From Polyangiaceae bacterium (GTDB lineage Bacteria > Myxococcota_A > Polyangia > Polyangiales > Polyangiaceae): a DNA stretch of 64,000 bases. This document shows positions 1-9,391 of this stretch, piece by piece. The first letter of the stretch is position 1; each line of letters starts with the position of its first letter. A model generated the notes under the pieces. It was not told where the DNA came from and did not search any database. It saw only the letters and a list, made by a program, of their open reading frames with translations. The DNA is taken from positions 251 to 64,250 of the forward strand of contig DASXWF010000331.1 in NCBI GenBank assembly GCA_036503835.1. Direction: 5' to 3'. The position numbers and the translations under genes were made by a program.

Positions 1-173
1 GCCCCAGCGAGCCGCCCGCGGTGACCTGTCCCGAGGTGAGTTGCTGGGTGCCGGTGCATGTGGCGCTCCTGCCGGGGGTTGTGAGGGTCGAGGGGCTGAG
101 GCTCCGGGCCCATCAGAGCTTTGCTCGCTGACGGCATAAGTCAGCCGGTCGCTGCCCCGATGGCAGCACTCCC

Positions 174-201
174 CCACGGGTCGCCGCCGGTAACGGGCGT
201 T
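174..201 (+). promoter_or_regulatory. Conserved leader motif copy 1 (upstream of terS)
   Basis: CCACGGGTCGCCGCCGGTAACGGGCGTT, near-identical to 5295-5323, ends 14 nt before ATG 216. Confidence 0.6.
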
Positions 202-215
202 GGGAGTGAAGAGAG

Positions 216-731
216 ATGGCACGCAAGCCGAAGGGCGAAGGGCCTGCGAAGGTTCCGGAGTCCGAAGACAAGCGCCCGCACGAGGATACGACCGAGAAGC
301 AGTTGGCTGACTTCCGGGCGCACTACCTCTACAGCGGGAATGCGAGCGAGTCGGGACGCGAACTCGGGATCAACGAGCGGACCGCTCGGGACATCGCGAG
401 GAAGCTTTCCGCTGAGCCTTCGTTTGCCGAGGACCGCCGTGCTCTACGTGCGAACGCGCTGGAAGAGCTGGTAGCGATGCGCAAGCGTGTGGCCGACCTG
501 GCCTACGAGCGCTTCGCCGGTAATGGCGACCTGCCCGAGCACATCGACGAAGGCGCGAACGTCACCATCATCGACAAGCGCCCCGACTACGGGAAGCTCG
601 TCCTCGAGGCCGAGAAGAACGCGCACAACTTGGCGAAGCTGGAGAAGCCCGAGGGCGAGGACGCTGGGGGCAAAACCGAAGTCCACATCCACACGCACGC
701 GGCGCCTGGAGACCATGGGACGGCGGCTTGA
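216..731 (+). CDS. terS: Terminase small subunit
   Basis: HTH-like GNASESGRELGINERTARDIARKL, helical middle, directly upstream of and overlapping terL. Confidence 0.75.
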   Translation: MARKPKGEGPAKVPESEDKRPHEDTTEKQLADFRAHYLYSGNASESGRELGINERTARDIARKLSAEPSFAEDRRALRANALEELVAMRKRVADLAYERFAGNGDLPEHIDEGANVTIIDKRPDYGKLVLEAEKNAHNLAKLEKPEGEDAGGKTEVHIHTHAAPGDHGTAA

Positions 732-2100
732 TTTCAAGCTGACGCGGCCGCAGTCCGAGGCCTTTCGACTGTGCAGAACGCCGACCACCGACATCAATCT
801 TGAGTGGGGACGCGGCGGCGGGAAGAGCTGGTTCGATCGGTTCGTCGGATGGACATGGGCAGCATCGGCCGACGGTAAGCCGCGCCTCGATCTCTTGAAG
901 GAGTTCGGGATGCTGGACCGACTCAATGCCGATCAGCGCTCGATGGCCCAGGGGGTATCGGGCATTCGGGTCGTCTTCCTGATGCCGACCTTGAAGCAAT
1001 TCAAGGATGTGCACGGCGCGCACCTGAAGAACGAGGTCGAGACATGGCGCCACCTCCGACCGAAGGCCAACTGGAGCGAGTACAACATCAGCTTTCCTGG
1101 TGAGAGTTGGATCATGCCGTTCCCGGCAGCTGACCACTCCAGCCAGCGAGCTCGCGGCATCCGGGCCGACGTTGTCATCTGTGACGAGGCGGACGACATT
1201 GACCCAAGCGTATTCGACTCGGTGGTGAGGCCCTGGTTCTCAGAGCCGTGGTCCCTGAAGATCCGACTCACGAGCGGCACCTACAAGCGCGGGCGCCACG
1301 GTCTGCTCTACAAGCGCAGACTGGCCGGCAGGGACATTGCCAAGCCGCGCTACCACACGATTCATGCGACCTACCGGGATAGCCCGGAGATCGTTGACCT
1401 CGAAGAAGTCGAGGATGCCCGCCGCAACACCTCTCCCGGCACTTTCGCTCGAGAGTGGGAGTGCGACCCGGACAGCTCCGAGGGCCTAGTCTACGCCTTC
1501 GAGGAGGCGTTCCACGTCAAAGAGCCGCCGGCCAACGTCGTTTGGACCGAGATGCTCATCGGCTGCGACCATGGGTGGGAGCACCCGGGCGTCCTGCTTC
1601 TGATTGGCGTCATCGGCTCCGGTCGGGATGCTGTCTGTTGGGTGCTCGAGGAAATTTACGAGCAGCACAAGGACGAGGACTGGTGGGTCGCGCGGGCCAA
1701 GGAGTGGACCGATGCCTACCCGAATCACCGTTTCTACGGTGACCCGTCGCAGCCCGCTCGGCTTGAAGCTTTCCGCAGGCGAGCCAAGGCGCGAGTCCAA
1801 GACGTCGACAACTCGATCGACGATGGCGTCGGCGCTGTAGCCAATCGCCTGGCCATTCGAGAGAGCGAGGACGGTGTCCGCTCCGCTCGGCTCTTCGTCT
1901 CGCCAAGCTGCCCGAACACCATTCGCGAGTTCGGCATCTACAAGCGCAAGCCGGATCCGATGAACGCGGAACAGTTCCTCGATGACATCGTGAAGCGCGA
2001 TGACGACGCGATGGACGCGCTTCGCTACCCCATCTTCAACCGCTTCGGCCCAGAAGGGCCGTCCACCCGAACCTTCAACCGGTACGACGCGCGCTCATGA
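715..2100 (+). CDS. terL: Terminase large subunit
   Basis: Walker A WGRGGGKS, Walker B ICDEADD, nuclease motifs GCDHGWEHP and DDAMDALRY; start moved to ATG 715. Confidence 0.93.
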   Translation: MGRRLDFKLTRPQSEAFRLCRTPTTDINLEWGRGGGKSWFDRFVGWTWAASADGKPRLDLLKEFGMLDRLNADQRSMAQGVSGIRVVFLMPTLKQFKDVHGAHLKNEVETWRHLRPKANWSEYNISFPGESWIMPFPAADHSSQRARGIRADVVICDEADDIDPSVFDSVVRPWFSEPWSLKIRLTSGTYKRGRHGLLYKRRLAGRDIAKPRYHTIHATYRDSPEIVDLEEVEDARRNTSPGTFAREWECDPDSSEGLVYAFEEAFHVKEPPANVVWTEMLIGCDHGWEHPGVLLLIGVIGSGRDAVCWVLEEIYEQHKDEDWWVARAKEWTDAYPNHRFYGDPSQPARLEAFRRRAKARVQDVDNSIDDGVGAVANRLAIRESEDGVRSARLFVSPSCPNTIREFGIYKRKPDPMNAEQFLDDIVKRDDDAMDALRYPIFNRFGPEGPSTRTFNRYDARS

Positions 2101-2534
2101 GTATCTACAACCTCGTCGGGAGCATCACAGGCACGTCGCCTGCTACAGCTTCGACCGCTGTCATCGCGGGCACCGTCGCCAATCTGCAGAAGTACGACGA
2201 AATCCACGTCGAGGCCGATCTGGTGGGCGCGACGGGCGGGACGCTCGACGTCTACATCCAGCGCAAGCTGGCCAACAATCTTTGGCGCGACTGGGTCCAC
2301 TTCACGCAGCTCGCTTCTGGCGGTGCGGCCGTCAAGCATTCGGTGCGCCATGGCGCTGCCGCTGGTCTCACCGTCACTGGCGGCGGCACTGATGCGGCCC
2401 CAGGCGTGGCCCTCGCCGCGAATGCCCAGGTCGGCGGACACCCCGGCACCGAGATCCGCGTCGTGTGCGTCGCCGGCACCTCCACGAGCGCAGGCGCTGC
2501 TGTCACCTTGCGCGTCTTCGGTCTGAAGAAGTGA
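2097..2534 (+). CDS. Putative virion beta-sandwich (capsid cement/decoration-like) protein
   Basis: Ala/Gly/Thr-rich beta pattern resembling 7213-7587; ATGA-coupled to terL. Confidence 0.45.
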   Translation: MSIYNLVGSITGTSPATASTAVIAGTVANLQKYDEIHVEADLVGATGGTLDVYIQRKLANNLWRDWVHFTQLASGGAAVKHSVRHGAAAGLTVTGGGTDAAPGVALAANAQVGGHPGTEIRVVCVAGTSTSAGAAVTLRVFGLKK

Positions 2535-2538
2535 CCGG

Positions 2539-4320
2539 ATGGCTCAGGCGCTCGATCTCTTCGCCAAGCCGGAGCTGATCCAAAAGACATCTCGATTTCG
2601 CGAGCTCGACCGGCTCGACCGGCTCTTCGGCGGCAAGCAGTACGAGGGTCGCCCTGACTGGTGGACCGGAAAGCACAAGCCCGGCGACCTCGAGGTGCCG
2701 CTCCGGGAGCGAAAGCCCTGCATCGTCTACAAGTTGCCGAAGGCCTCGGCGCAGCAGGTGGTGCGCTTCCTCTTCGGAGAAGGCCGCTTTCCCAAGATCG
2801 GCTTTGAGGTCAACGAGGAGACGGACGGCTCCTACCCCGTTGTTTCCGAGGATGACGCCGAGGCTCTCCAGAAGTGGACCGCTTCCCTCATCGAATCAGC
2901 AGGCGTCCAGCCAGCGATCCGGGTGCTCTCCGGTCGGGCCATCGCGTGCCGCACGTCGGTCGCTGTCGTCGATCTTGAGGCCGGCGAGTTCAAGTTCACC
3001 TACCCCCGCGCTCAGGACTGCTGGGCTGAGTTCAAGGGCGGCAACCCGGACCGCGACGTCGTTCGCCTGGTCTGGTGCTACGAGTTCGACAAGGAAGTCG
3101 CCGACGAGCGCGGCAACCCCATAACGAAGCGCCACATCTTCCGGCGCGAATGGGACGAGGTCTCGATCCACGTCTACGAAGACGTCGAGGTCAAGATCGG
3201 GCAGCCCATCCAATGGGGAGCGCCGACCACGACGCCTCACGGGCTGTCGTTCTGTCCGGTGGTTTGGCTCCGCAACGAAGCGGATGAGGCCGCCGGCATC
3301 GACGGGGCTTCGCTCTTCGAAGACCTGGACGACGAGTTCGAAGCGCTCGACATGGCGCTCTCTCGGCGCCACCAGGGCATCATCTACCTGGGCGCCCCGC
3401 AGCTGGTCGAGACCGGCGTCGAAGAAGGCGATGGGCCGGATGAGACCGGGCGCAAGGCGATGCCTGAGGGCTTCACCGGGCCGACTGGATTCTCCGGCGC
3501 CGCTGGATACTCGGGGCAGCAGTACAACGTAGCTGCCAAGGCCCGCCGCATCGCACCAGACTCCGTCTGGACCTACGAGGGCAAGGAGGTCGACGTCAAG
3601 CTCATCGAGACGTCCGGCAAGGCCTTCGAGGTCGGCACCGCGCACGTCAACGACATCCGCTCCCGTCTGCTCGAAACGATGGGTGTGGTACTCACGTCGA
3701 TGGCGGACACCGTCAGTCGGACCACCGGTGGCGAGATGAGCGCGCGCTTTCTAGCCCTGGCTCACGCGCCGCTGATTGGCCTCGCCCAAGAGTACCGCCA
3801 GAGCTGGTGGCCCAAGGGGCTCCGCAAGTTGCTCTCGCTCATGCTCCGCATGACGGCCGAGCTGCCCGACAAGGAAATCCTGGTGCCCGGCACCAAGGAA
3901 GCCGCTGAGATGCTCCAGCGCTTCCGGGTCAGGATGCCGGGAGTCGCAGAAGGTGCCCCGCTGGGCTGGATCACGCCGCGCATGACGCCGCACTGGGGCC
4001 GGTTCTTCGACCCGAGCTCGACCGAGATCAAGACCAACGTCGAGGCAGCCATCACCGCGCGCGACGGCAAGGTCATCGCCAACGAGACGGCCGCGGAGTT
4101 CGTGAGCCACGACTTCGACGTCGACAACGTCCAGGAAGAACTCGAGGAGATCGAGGCGGACGCCGCAGAGACCGAGTCCCGGCAAGCGACGCTGCTTCGA
4201 AAGATGGGCCTAGATGGGAATCGAAGCGGGCTTCCTAGCGATCCTGAAGAGGTACCCGCGGGTAGCGGTGATCGGCGGCCCGAAGATGGGCAAGACGACA
4301 CTGACCAGCCGGGTGAGTGA
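2539..4320 (+). CDS. Portal protein
   Basis: 593 aa after terL; HGLSFCPVVWLRN motif and SPP1-like portal layout, acidic C-terminal tail. Confidence 0.85.
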   Translation: MAQALDLFAKPELIQKTSRFRELDRLDRLFGGKQYEGRPDWWTGKHKPGDLEVPLRERKPCIVYKLPKASAQQVVRFLFGEGRFPKIGFEVNEETDGSYPVVSEDDAEALQKWTASLIESAGVQPAIRVLSGRAIACRTSVAVVDLEAGEFKFTYPRAQDCWAEFKGGNPDRDVVRLVWCYEFDKEVADERGNPITKRHIFRREWDEVSIHVYEDVEVKIGQPIQWGAPTTTPHGLSFCPVVWLRNEADEAAGIDGASLFEDLDDEFEALDMALSRRHQGIIYLGAPQLVETGVEEGDGPDETGRKAMPEGFTGPTGFSGAAGYSGQQYNVAAKARRIAPDSVWTYEGKEVDVKLIETSGKAFEVGTAHVNDIRSRLLETMGVVLTSMADTVSRTTGGEMSARFLALAHAPLIGLAQEYRQSWWPKGLRKLLSLMLRMTAELPDKEILVPGTKEAAEMLQRFRVRMPGVAEGAPLGWITPRMTPHWGRFFDPSSTEIKTNVEAAITARDGKVIANETAAEFVSHDFDVDNVQEELEEIEADAAETESRQATLLRKMGLDGNRSGLPSDPEEVPAGSGDRRPEDGQDDTDQPGE

Positions 4321-4795
4321 CCGACCCGTCATCAGCTCCGATTCCTACAAGGGTCTTGGTGAGCATCTCGGTTCTCCTGAGGCGCCACTAGCGATGATCC
4401 GCGACACCCGCGACCTGCGGGAGTTCGTCATCGAGGGCGTCCTGGTTGCTCGAGCACTTCGCGGCCCAACGGTCGACGGGGAGCGTGTGCCCGGCATGGT
4501 CGTCGATGCGGTTGTCTACCTGAAGGCGCCCAAGGCCGAGCGACTGCCAGGTCAGATTGCGCTGGCCGCAAACATCCAGTCCGTCTTCGAGGGCTGGCAA
4601 GAGCAACAGAGGCTGCTTCCAGAATCCCAACGCGTACCCGTGTTCGAAGAGAGCACGGTCGAACAAGGACAACATCATGGCGATCTTCCACCCCCAAACG
4701 GGCGAGCGACTCGACACCGAAACCGAGAACGTCGTCGCGGAGCCCAAGGCCACGAGCGAAAAGCCGGGCGCACAAGACGACTCGAAGCCGGCTGA
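4214..4795 (+). CDS. Small P-loop NTPase/kinase-like protein
   Basis: VAVIGGPKMGKTT Walker A, ISSD and FVIEG strands of nucleotide-kinase fold; overlaps portal 3' end. Confidence 0.65.
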   Translation: MGIEAGFLAILKRYPRVAVIGGPKMGKTTLTSRVSDRPVISSDSYKGLGEHLGSPEAPLAMIRDTRDLREFVIEGVLVARALRGPTVDGERVPGMVVDAVVYLKAPKAERLPGQIALAANIQSVFEGWQEQQRLLPESQRVPVFEESTVEQGQHHGDLPPPNGRATRHRNRERRRGAQGHERKAGRTRRLEAG

Positions 4796-4859
4796 AAAGG
4801 CCGGGAAATCCAAGGCCACGAGCGAAAAGCCGGCGGCCGGCCCTGCCAAAGAAAGCTGA
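4677..4859 (+). CDS. Small charged protein with duplicated KATSEKP
   Basis: RBS AAGGA before ATG 4677; 24-bp direct repeat ccaaggccacgagcgaaaagccgg. Confidence 0.6.
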   Translation: MAIFHPQTGERLDTETENVVAEPKATSEKPGAQDDSKPAEKAGKSKATSEKPAAGPAKES

Positions 4860-4865
4860 TCTCCC

Positions 4866-5249
4866 ATGACTGTCACCTCTGGAACCATTCACACCGTCGA
4901 CACCGTCATCTCGAGCGCGGTCTCCCCGCTTCAGGTGGCCCGACTCACCTTCACCATGAGCGGCACGTACGCCCAGGACGACAACTCGATCCTGACCGGT
5001 GTGGCGGCTCTCATCGCCGCATCACGGCGCAATGGTCGCACCGCAACCCTGGTCGACGTCATGCTCGGCACGCCCGCAACCAAGGTCAGCAACCCAGCTG
5101 CGTTCATGGGCCTGAAGACGGTGGCCATCTCGAGCGCGGACGTGACCTTCGAGATCACGGACGGCGACTACTCGACCGAGTTGGCCAACGGAGCCATCCC
5201 CGAGCAGGAGCGCCCGTTCTCGATCCTGGTCGCATTCACCGAGGCCTGA
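4866..5249 (+). CDS. Putative head-associated structural protein
   Basis: 127 aa beta-rich ORF with GC3-biased codons inside the head module. Confidence 0.5.
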   Translation: MTVTSGTIHTVDTVISSAVSPLQVARLTFTMSGTYAQDDNSILTGVAALIAASRRNGRTATLVDVMLGTPATKVSNPAAFMGLKTVAISSADVTFEITDGDYSTELANGAIPEQERPFSILVAFTEA

Positions 5250-5294
5250 CCTCGGTCGTGAGCCGCTCCGGCTCATTCGAATAGCCACACCTCA

Positions 5295-5323
5295 CCACGC
5301 GTCGCCTGCGGTCAAAGGGCGTT
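5295..5323 (+). promoter_or_regulatory. Conserved leader motif copy 2 (upstream of scaffold)
   Basis: CCACGCGTCGCCTGCGGTCAAAGGGCGTT, ends 11 nt before ATG 5335. Confidence 0.6.
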
Positions 5324-5334
5324 TCGAGGGAAGC

Positions 5335-6018
5335 ATGTTCATCAAGCGAAGCGGTATTTTGTTCAACGAGGCTCCGGCTCCCGATGCAGGGGCCGGACCA
5401 TCTGGCGGAGGCGCACCAGCGGTAACTCCGCCTGCTCCGGGGACGCCCCCAGCGGCAAGCAACACGGAAGAGCCCCCATGGCTCCCGGGTCGTCTCGACC
5501 AGGCCAAGAAGTCCGAGCGAGCGGCTGTCCTGAAGGGCCTCGGGTTCGCCTCCGAGGCCGAACTGAAGGCGGCGCTCGACGCCGGCAAGGCTGCGCAGGC
5601 GGCCAACCAGACCCAAGCCGAGCGCGACGCCGCTCGCATCAAGGAACTTGAGCCACTGGCCACCAAGGCCACGGTGCTCGAGACGACGGTGAAAGGCTAC
5701 GCCGACAAGGAGTTGGCCGGCCTCACCGAGGCACAGCGCGTGGCCGTTGCCGCAATCGCAGGCGACGACCCAGCGCGCATTCTCACCACCATCGAACAAC
5801 TCCGCCCGACGTGGGCAGCGAGTGCGCCAGCCGCTCCCGCTACTCCGCCGGTACCGGCTCCTGCCAGCACCACGCCGGCGGGGACGCCTGCACCGCCGAA
5901 GCCAGCCACGCCCGATTCGCCTCGCTCCCGATGGGAAGCGCTGAAGAAGACGGACGCGACTGCGGCTTCGATTTTCTACCAAACGAACAGGGCCGCCATC
6001 GAGGCAGCTCCTGCCTGA
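5335..6018 (+). CDS. Capsid scaffolding protein
   Basis: Pro/Ala-rich ends, central coiled coil, short C-terminal helix, directly before the MCP. Confidence 0.8.
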   Translation: MFIKRSGILFNEAPAPDAGAGPSGGGAPAVTPPAPGTPPAASNTEEPPWLPGRLDQAKKSERAAVLKGLGFASEAELKAALDAGKAAQAANQTQAERDAARIKELEPLATKATVLETTVKGYADKELAGLTEAQRVAVAAIAGDDPARILTTIEQLRPTWAASAPAAPATPPVPAPASTTPAGTPAPPKPATPDSPRSRWEALKKTDATAASIFYQTNRAAIEAAPA

Positions 6019-6044
6019 CCTGACCTCCACAAGGAAACAAAACC

Positions 6045-7199
6045 ATGAGCGTGATCTCCAGGGGCTCACTGCCCGCAAACTACGAGGACTTCCTCGGATC
6101 TGTGTCCAGTGCGCTGCTGCTTCCGCAGCCCGAGCCGCAGTACCTCTTTGCCCACTGGGCAATGGCGGGCCGCTTGTCCCTGGCTGCGCTCAATGCTGGC
6201 GCACCCAGCGTTCAGCAGTACGTGACGATGGCCGGCGGTGGCGCTGCCATTCCGCAGGACTTGGACCGTATGGCTCGAGCCGCAGACGCCTACCCGGGCT
6301 TCGTGCAAGCGGTCGACAAGTTCGGCTTGGGACTCGGCGACACCGTCAAGTTCCAGCGCCCCGTCTTCTCGACGGGCGGTCTGACCAAGGCGGCTCGCAA
6401 GCTGTCGACCAACCAGACGATCAACACCACGGGCCAGGCCATCAAGACCGAGGAGGTGCCGGTCGTTCTGGAAGAGTACCACGGCCCGTACGCCTCGAAT
6501 GGCTCAGCTCCTGAGCCGTATGCCATCTGGGGGTTCGATGCGAAGTACCGCGCGAACAAGGTGCAGTTGGCCTCGTTGGCCTCGCTGAACCTGAAGCGCG
6601 ACTACACCAAGTGGCTCGACGCGGTCATCCGTGATGAGTTCCTGGCATCGTCCAACGTCTCGTACGCGGGTGGTCTTGCCAACGCCGCGGCATTCGTCTC
6701 GGGCGGCGGCCAGTACTTCGACCTGGCGCTCATTCTCGCCGCCCGCAAGGCGCTCAGTGACCGCGAGTGGATGAAGTTCCCCAACGGGCGCTACGTGTGC
6801 CTCGTGCCCACGAGCTTCAACGTCCAGATGCAACAGGACGTGGATTATCGCGAGATGTCCAAGTTCCACGAGGACAAGAGCCTCCTCTACGGCTACATCG
6901 GCAGCGTTCAGGATATCGACTTCTTCGAGTGCTCGACGCTCAAGAGCTACGCCGCCACCGAGTCGCTCGAGGGCAGCACGGTCGCATCCGGCGTTACGCT
7001 CGACGAGGCCATGCTGGTAGGACCTGGCGCTGTGGGCTTCGGCACCGTTGCCCCCGATCCGGAGAACGTCGTGGGTCCCGTTGCCCGCTTCGCCGACAAC
7101 ACCAACTTCGGCACGGTCCTCAAGGTGATCTGGTACGCGCTCCACGCGTTCTCGTGCCTCGATGACCGCGGCGTCCAACGCATCGTGGCGCAGCGCTGA
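6045..7199 (+). CDS. Major capsid protein
   Basis: 384 aa, strong RBS AAGGAA, GDTVKFQRP and GYIGSVQDIDFFE HK97-fold-like segments. Confidence 0.85.
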   Translation: MSVISRGSLPANYEDFLGSVSSALLLPQPEPQYLFAHWAMAGRLSLAALNAGAPSVQQYVTMAGGGAAIPQDLDRMARAADAYPGFVQAVDKFGLGLGDTVKFQRPVFSTGGLTKAARKLSTNQTINTTGQAIKTEEVPVVLEEYHGPYASNGSAPEPYAIWGFDAKYRANKVQLASLASLNLKRDYTKWLDAVIRDEFLASSNVSYAGGLANAAAFVSGGGQYFDLALILAARKALSDREWMKFPNGRYVCLVPTSFNVQMQQDVDYREMSKFHEDKSLLYGYIGSVQDIDFFECSTLKSYAATESLEGSTVASGVTLDEAMLVGPGAVGFGTVAPDPENVVGPVARFADNTNFGTVLKVIWYALHAFSCLDDRGVQRIVAQR

Positions 7200-7212
7200 A
7201 AGGGCTACGAAC

Positions 7213-7587
7213 ATGGCTGACTACACTCGTTCCCAGGTCGGTCGCGCGGCTGCGATTCTGACGACCAGCGAGGTTGCGGGCGCTGCCCTCGACCTTGCCC
7301 AGGTCCACGATTCGCAGATCACGGTCGACCTCTCGTTCACCATCGGGTCGCTGACCAACATCATCGTGCGTTTCTACGCGTCGATGGATGGCACGACCTA
7401 CGTGCCGGTCTACATGGGTCCAACGGCCGTCACCGAGACTCTCACGGCGACGGGCACGCGTGCCTACGTGGTGCCCACGCTGGCCGGCTGGAAGAAGTTC
7501 CGGGCGACCGTCCAGGGCACCGGTACGGTCACGAGCTCGAGCGCGACGTTCACGTATCGGTGGCTCCGCAAGGGCTCGCAGATCTGA
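7213..7587 (+). CDS. Capsid cement/decoration protein (putative)
   Basis: 124 aa beta-sandwich pattern (VRFYASMDGTTY) immediately after the MCP. Confidence 0.6.
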   Translation: MADYTRSQVGRAAAILTTSEVAGAALDLAQVHDSQITVDLSFTIGSLTNIIVRFYASMDGTTYVPVYMGPTAVTETLTATGTRAYVVPTLAGWKKFRATVQGTGTVTSSSATFTYRWLRKGSQI

Positions 7588-7598
7588 GGCTCTGAGCG

Positions 7599-8192
7599 AT
7601 GGGCCTCACCACAAGCGAGGTCGAGTCGCTCAGGCTTCACCTGGGCTACGGCAACATCGGGCCCTATGGGGCACCGTACACGCCGGACACGTTCCTGGAA
7701 CTATTCGAGGGCGTGGTTGCGCCCAACCTCAGCACGGGTGCTGAAACGACTGCAACCGGCACCATTTCGGCAGGCGCCTCGGCGACGGTCACTCCGGGCA
7801 GCATGACGGACATCGCTCCGTATACGACCCTGGTGGTCGATACGGGCGACGAAGCCGAGGCCGTCGTGGTGCGCTCGGTGACCCTAACGACGTTCAATGC
7901 GACCTTTCTGAAGGCTCATGCTGGGACGTACCCCATTGCCGTCATGTGCGGTGTTGCGCGTCTCAGGCTCCTCCTTTGGGATGCCGATGCTGCGTGGCGC
8001 GGGCTCACCAGTCTGAGCCTCAGCTCACAAGCCGGCATCAAGAAGGTCGATGAGGTTGAGTTCTTCGAGGGATTCGGTGGGCTTTCTGGTCGCCGTGCCC
8101 ACTACCTCAACATCGTGGGCGCCATCGCCGCACTGGTTCAGGTTCCGCCCAAGAATGCCTGCGGCAACACGGGGCGGCTAGAGGCGTACTGA
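7599..8192 (+). CDS. Head-tail adaptor (putative)
   Basis: LTTSEVESLRLHLGY N-terminus typical of adaptors; synteny. Confidence 0.6.
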   Translation: MGLTTSEVESLRLHLGYGNIGPYGAPYTPDTFLELFEGVVAPNLSTGAETTATGTISAGASATVTPGSMTDIAPYTTLVVDTGDEAEAVVVRSVTLTTFNATFLKAHAGTYPIAVMCGVARLRLLLWDADAAWRGLTSLSLSSQAGIKKVDEVEFFEGFGGLSGRRAHYLNIVGAIAALVQVPPKNACGNTGRLEAY

Positions 8193-8629
8193 TGACCCTA
8201 GCTGCCTCGCTCCGCCCTCTCGTTCGCAGCATCCGTGGCATCCCCGGCTCACTCGGGCTCCGGCCCCACCGGGTCTACCTGGTCCAAAGCACCTGGGGCG
8301 GCGAATACGTCGGCTCTGGCAATCCTACCGACGTCGTCACCGAGATCGTCGAGGGCGGGAACCATCCACCCAAGGTTCGCCAAGTCGACGAGGAGCGGAT
8401 GGTCCTGTCCAACCTGGCGCAGGGCTCGCTCGAGATCGGCCCCATCACCACGACCAGCGTGAGCGCAGAGGCGCTTCGCGGGCTGAGTCTTCTGGACAAG
8501 GAGTCCCTTCGCGTTCGGGTCGATGGCCCGACCGGGAGCGCCTTCTACCGCATCGAAAAGCTCGGCCTGGACCGCGCGCTCCACTGGATGCTGACCGTCT
8601 CGCCGATCTCCAATGTCCCTGTTGAATAG
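8192..8629 (+). CDS. Head closure/stopper protein (putative)
   Basis: Size, beta-rich pattern, synteny. Confidence 0.5.
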   Translation: MTLAASLRPLVRSIRGIPGSLGLRPHRVYLVQSTWGGEYVGSGNPTDVVTEIVEGGNHPPKVRQVDEERMVLSNLAQGSLEIGPITTTSVSAEALRGLSLLDKESLRVRVDGPTGSAFYRIEKLGLDRALHWMLTVSPISNVPVE

Positions 8630-9389
8630 ACAGTCCGGGCGACTGGCGTTTCCGGTTACCCAAGGCGTCGGGACGTTCCAGGATCTCGACCAGGCCAACG
8701 AGATCCTGCTCAAGCTCTTCCGGGCAGCTATTCGGAGTGACCTGGGCACGCCCTTTGAGACGGCGTCCATGGGCACGAGCCTGATGGGCAAGTTCGCGGT
8801 TGAGCACTACGCCACCGCGCAGCCGACCGAAGACTACATCAAGACAAGCAAAGTCGACTTTCCGGCCCTGTTCGTCTACCCGCTCGACGAAGCGACCCCG
8901 CGCGGCTTCACCGTCGCGCGGAGCATGACGACCCAGCAGTGGGCCGTCGAATTCATCCTGGGTCCGCTTGGGCCCGACGAGGTCTACCGCCTGCGGAACA
9001 TGTTCCGCGCGGTGCTCAAGCTCGTCACTGAGGTTGTTCGCGTCGGCGGCCACCCGGCCTACGCGATGGATCCAGCCAACGTTCAGCCCCAGCAGGTTCT
9101 CTACTGGGACGGCGACGGGGGGTGCGGGTTCTCCACGGTGACCGTCACGGGCGCTCAGATGGGGGCCGCTGCCTTCTCGGAGGGCGGCCCGGCCTACCAC
9201 GGCGTCCGGGTCATTTTGGAGACCGGCGAAGTCAGCGGCGTGGCCGATGAGACTTACGGGTCGGTCCCCCACGAAGGCGCCAACTTCGACATCACTGGCG
9301 ACGCTGAAGGCGACATGGATGTTGGCGATCCGGATGACGGTGACCCTGATGGGCTCGGCGACTTCCGCAGCGACATCCCCGAAGACTGA
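8613..9389 (+). CDS. Tail terminator/neck protein (putative)
   Basis: DFPALFVY motif, synteny, acidic tail. Confidence 0.5.
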   Translation: MSLLNRQSGRLAFPVTQGVGTFQDLDQANEILLKLFRAAIRSDLGTPFETASMGTSLMGKFAVEHYATAQPTEDYIKTSKVDFPALFVYPLDEATPRGFTVARSMTTQQWAVEFILGPLGPDEVYRLRNMFRAVLKLVTEVVRVGGHPAYAMDPANVQPQQVLYWDGDGGCGFSTVTVTGAQMGAAAFSEGGPAYHGVRVILETGEVSGVADETYGSVPHEGANFDITGDAEGDMDVGDPDDGDPDGLGDFRSDIPED

Positions 9390-9391
9390 CC

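Noticed and set aside
487-714. N-terminal extension of the 537-aa terL ORF
   Set aside because: Ser/Thr/Arg-rich shadow of terS; ATG 715 fits the domain start
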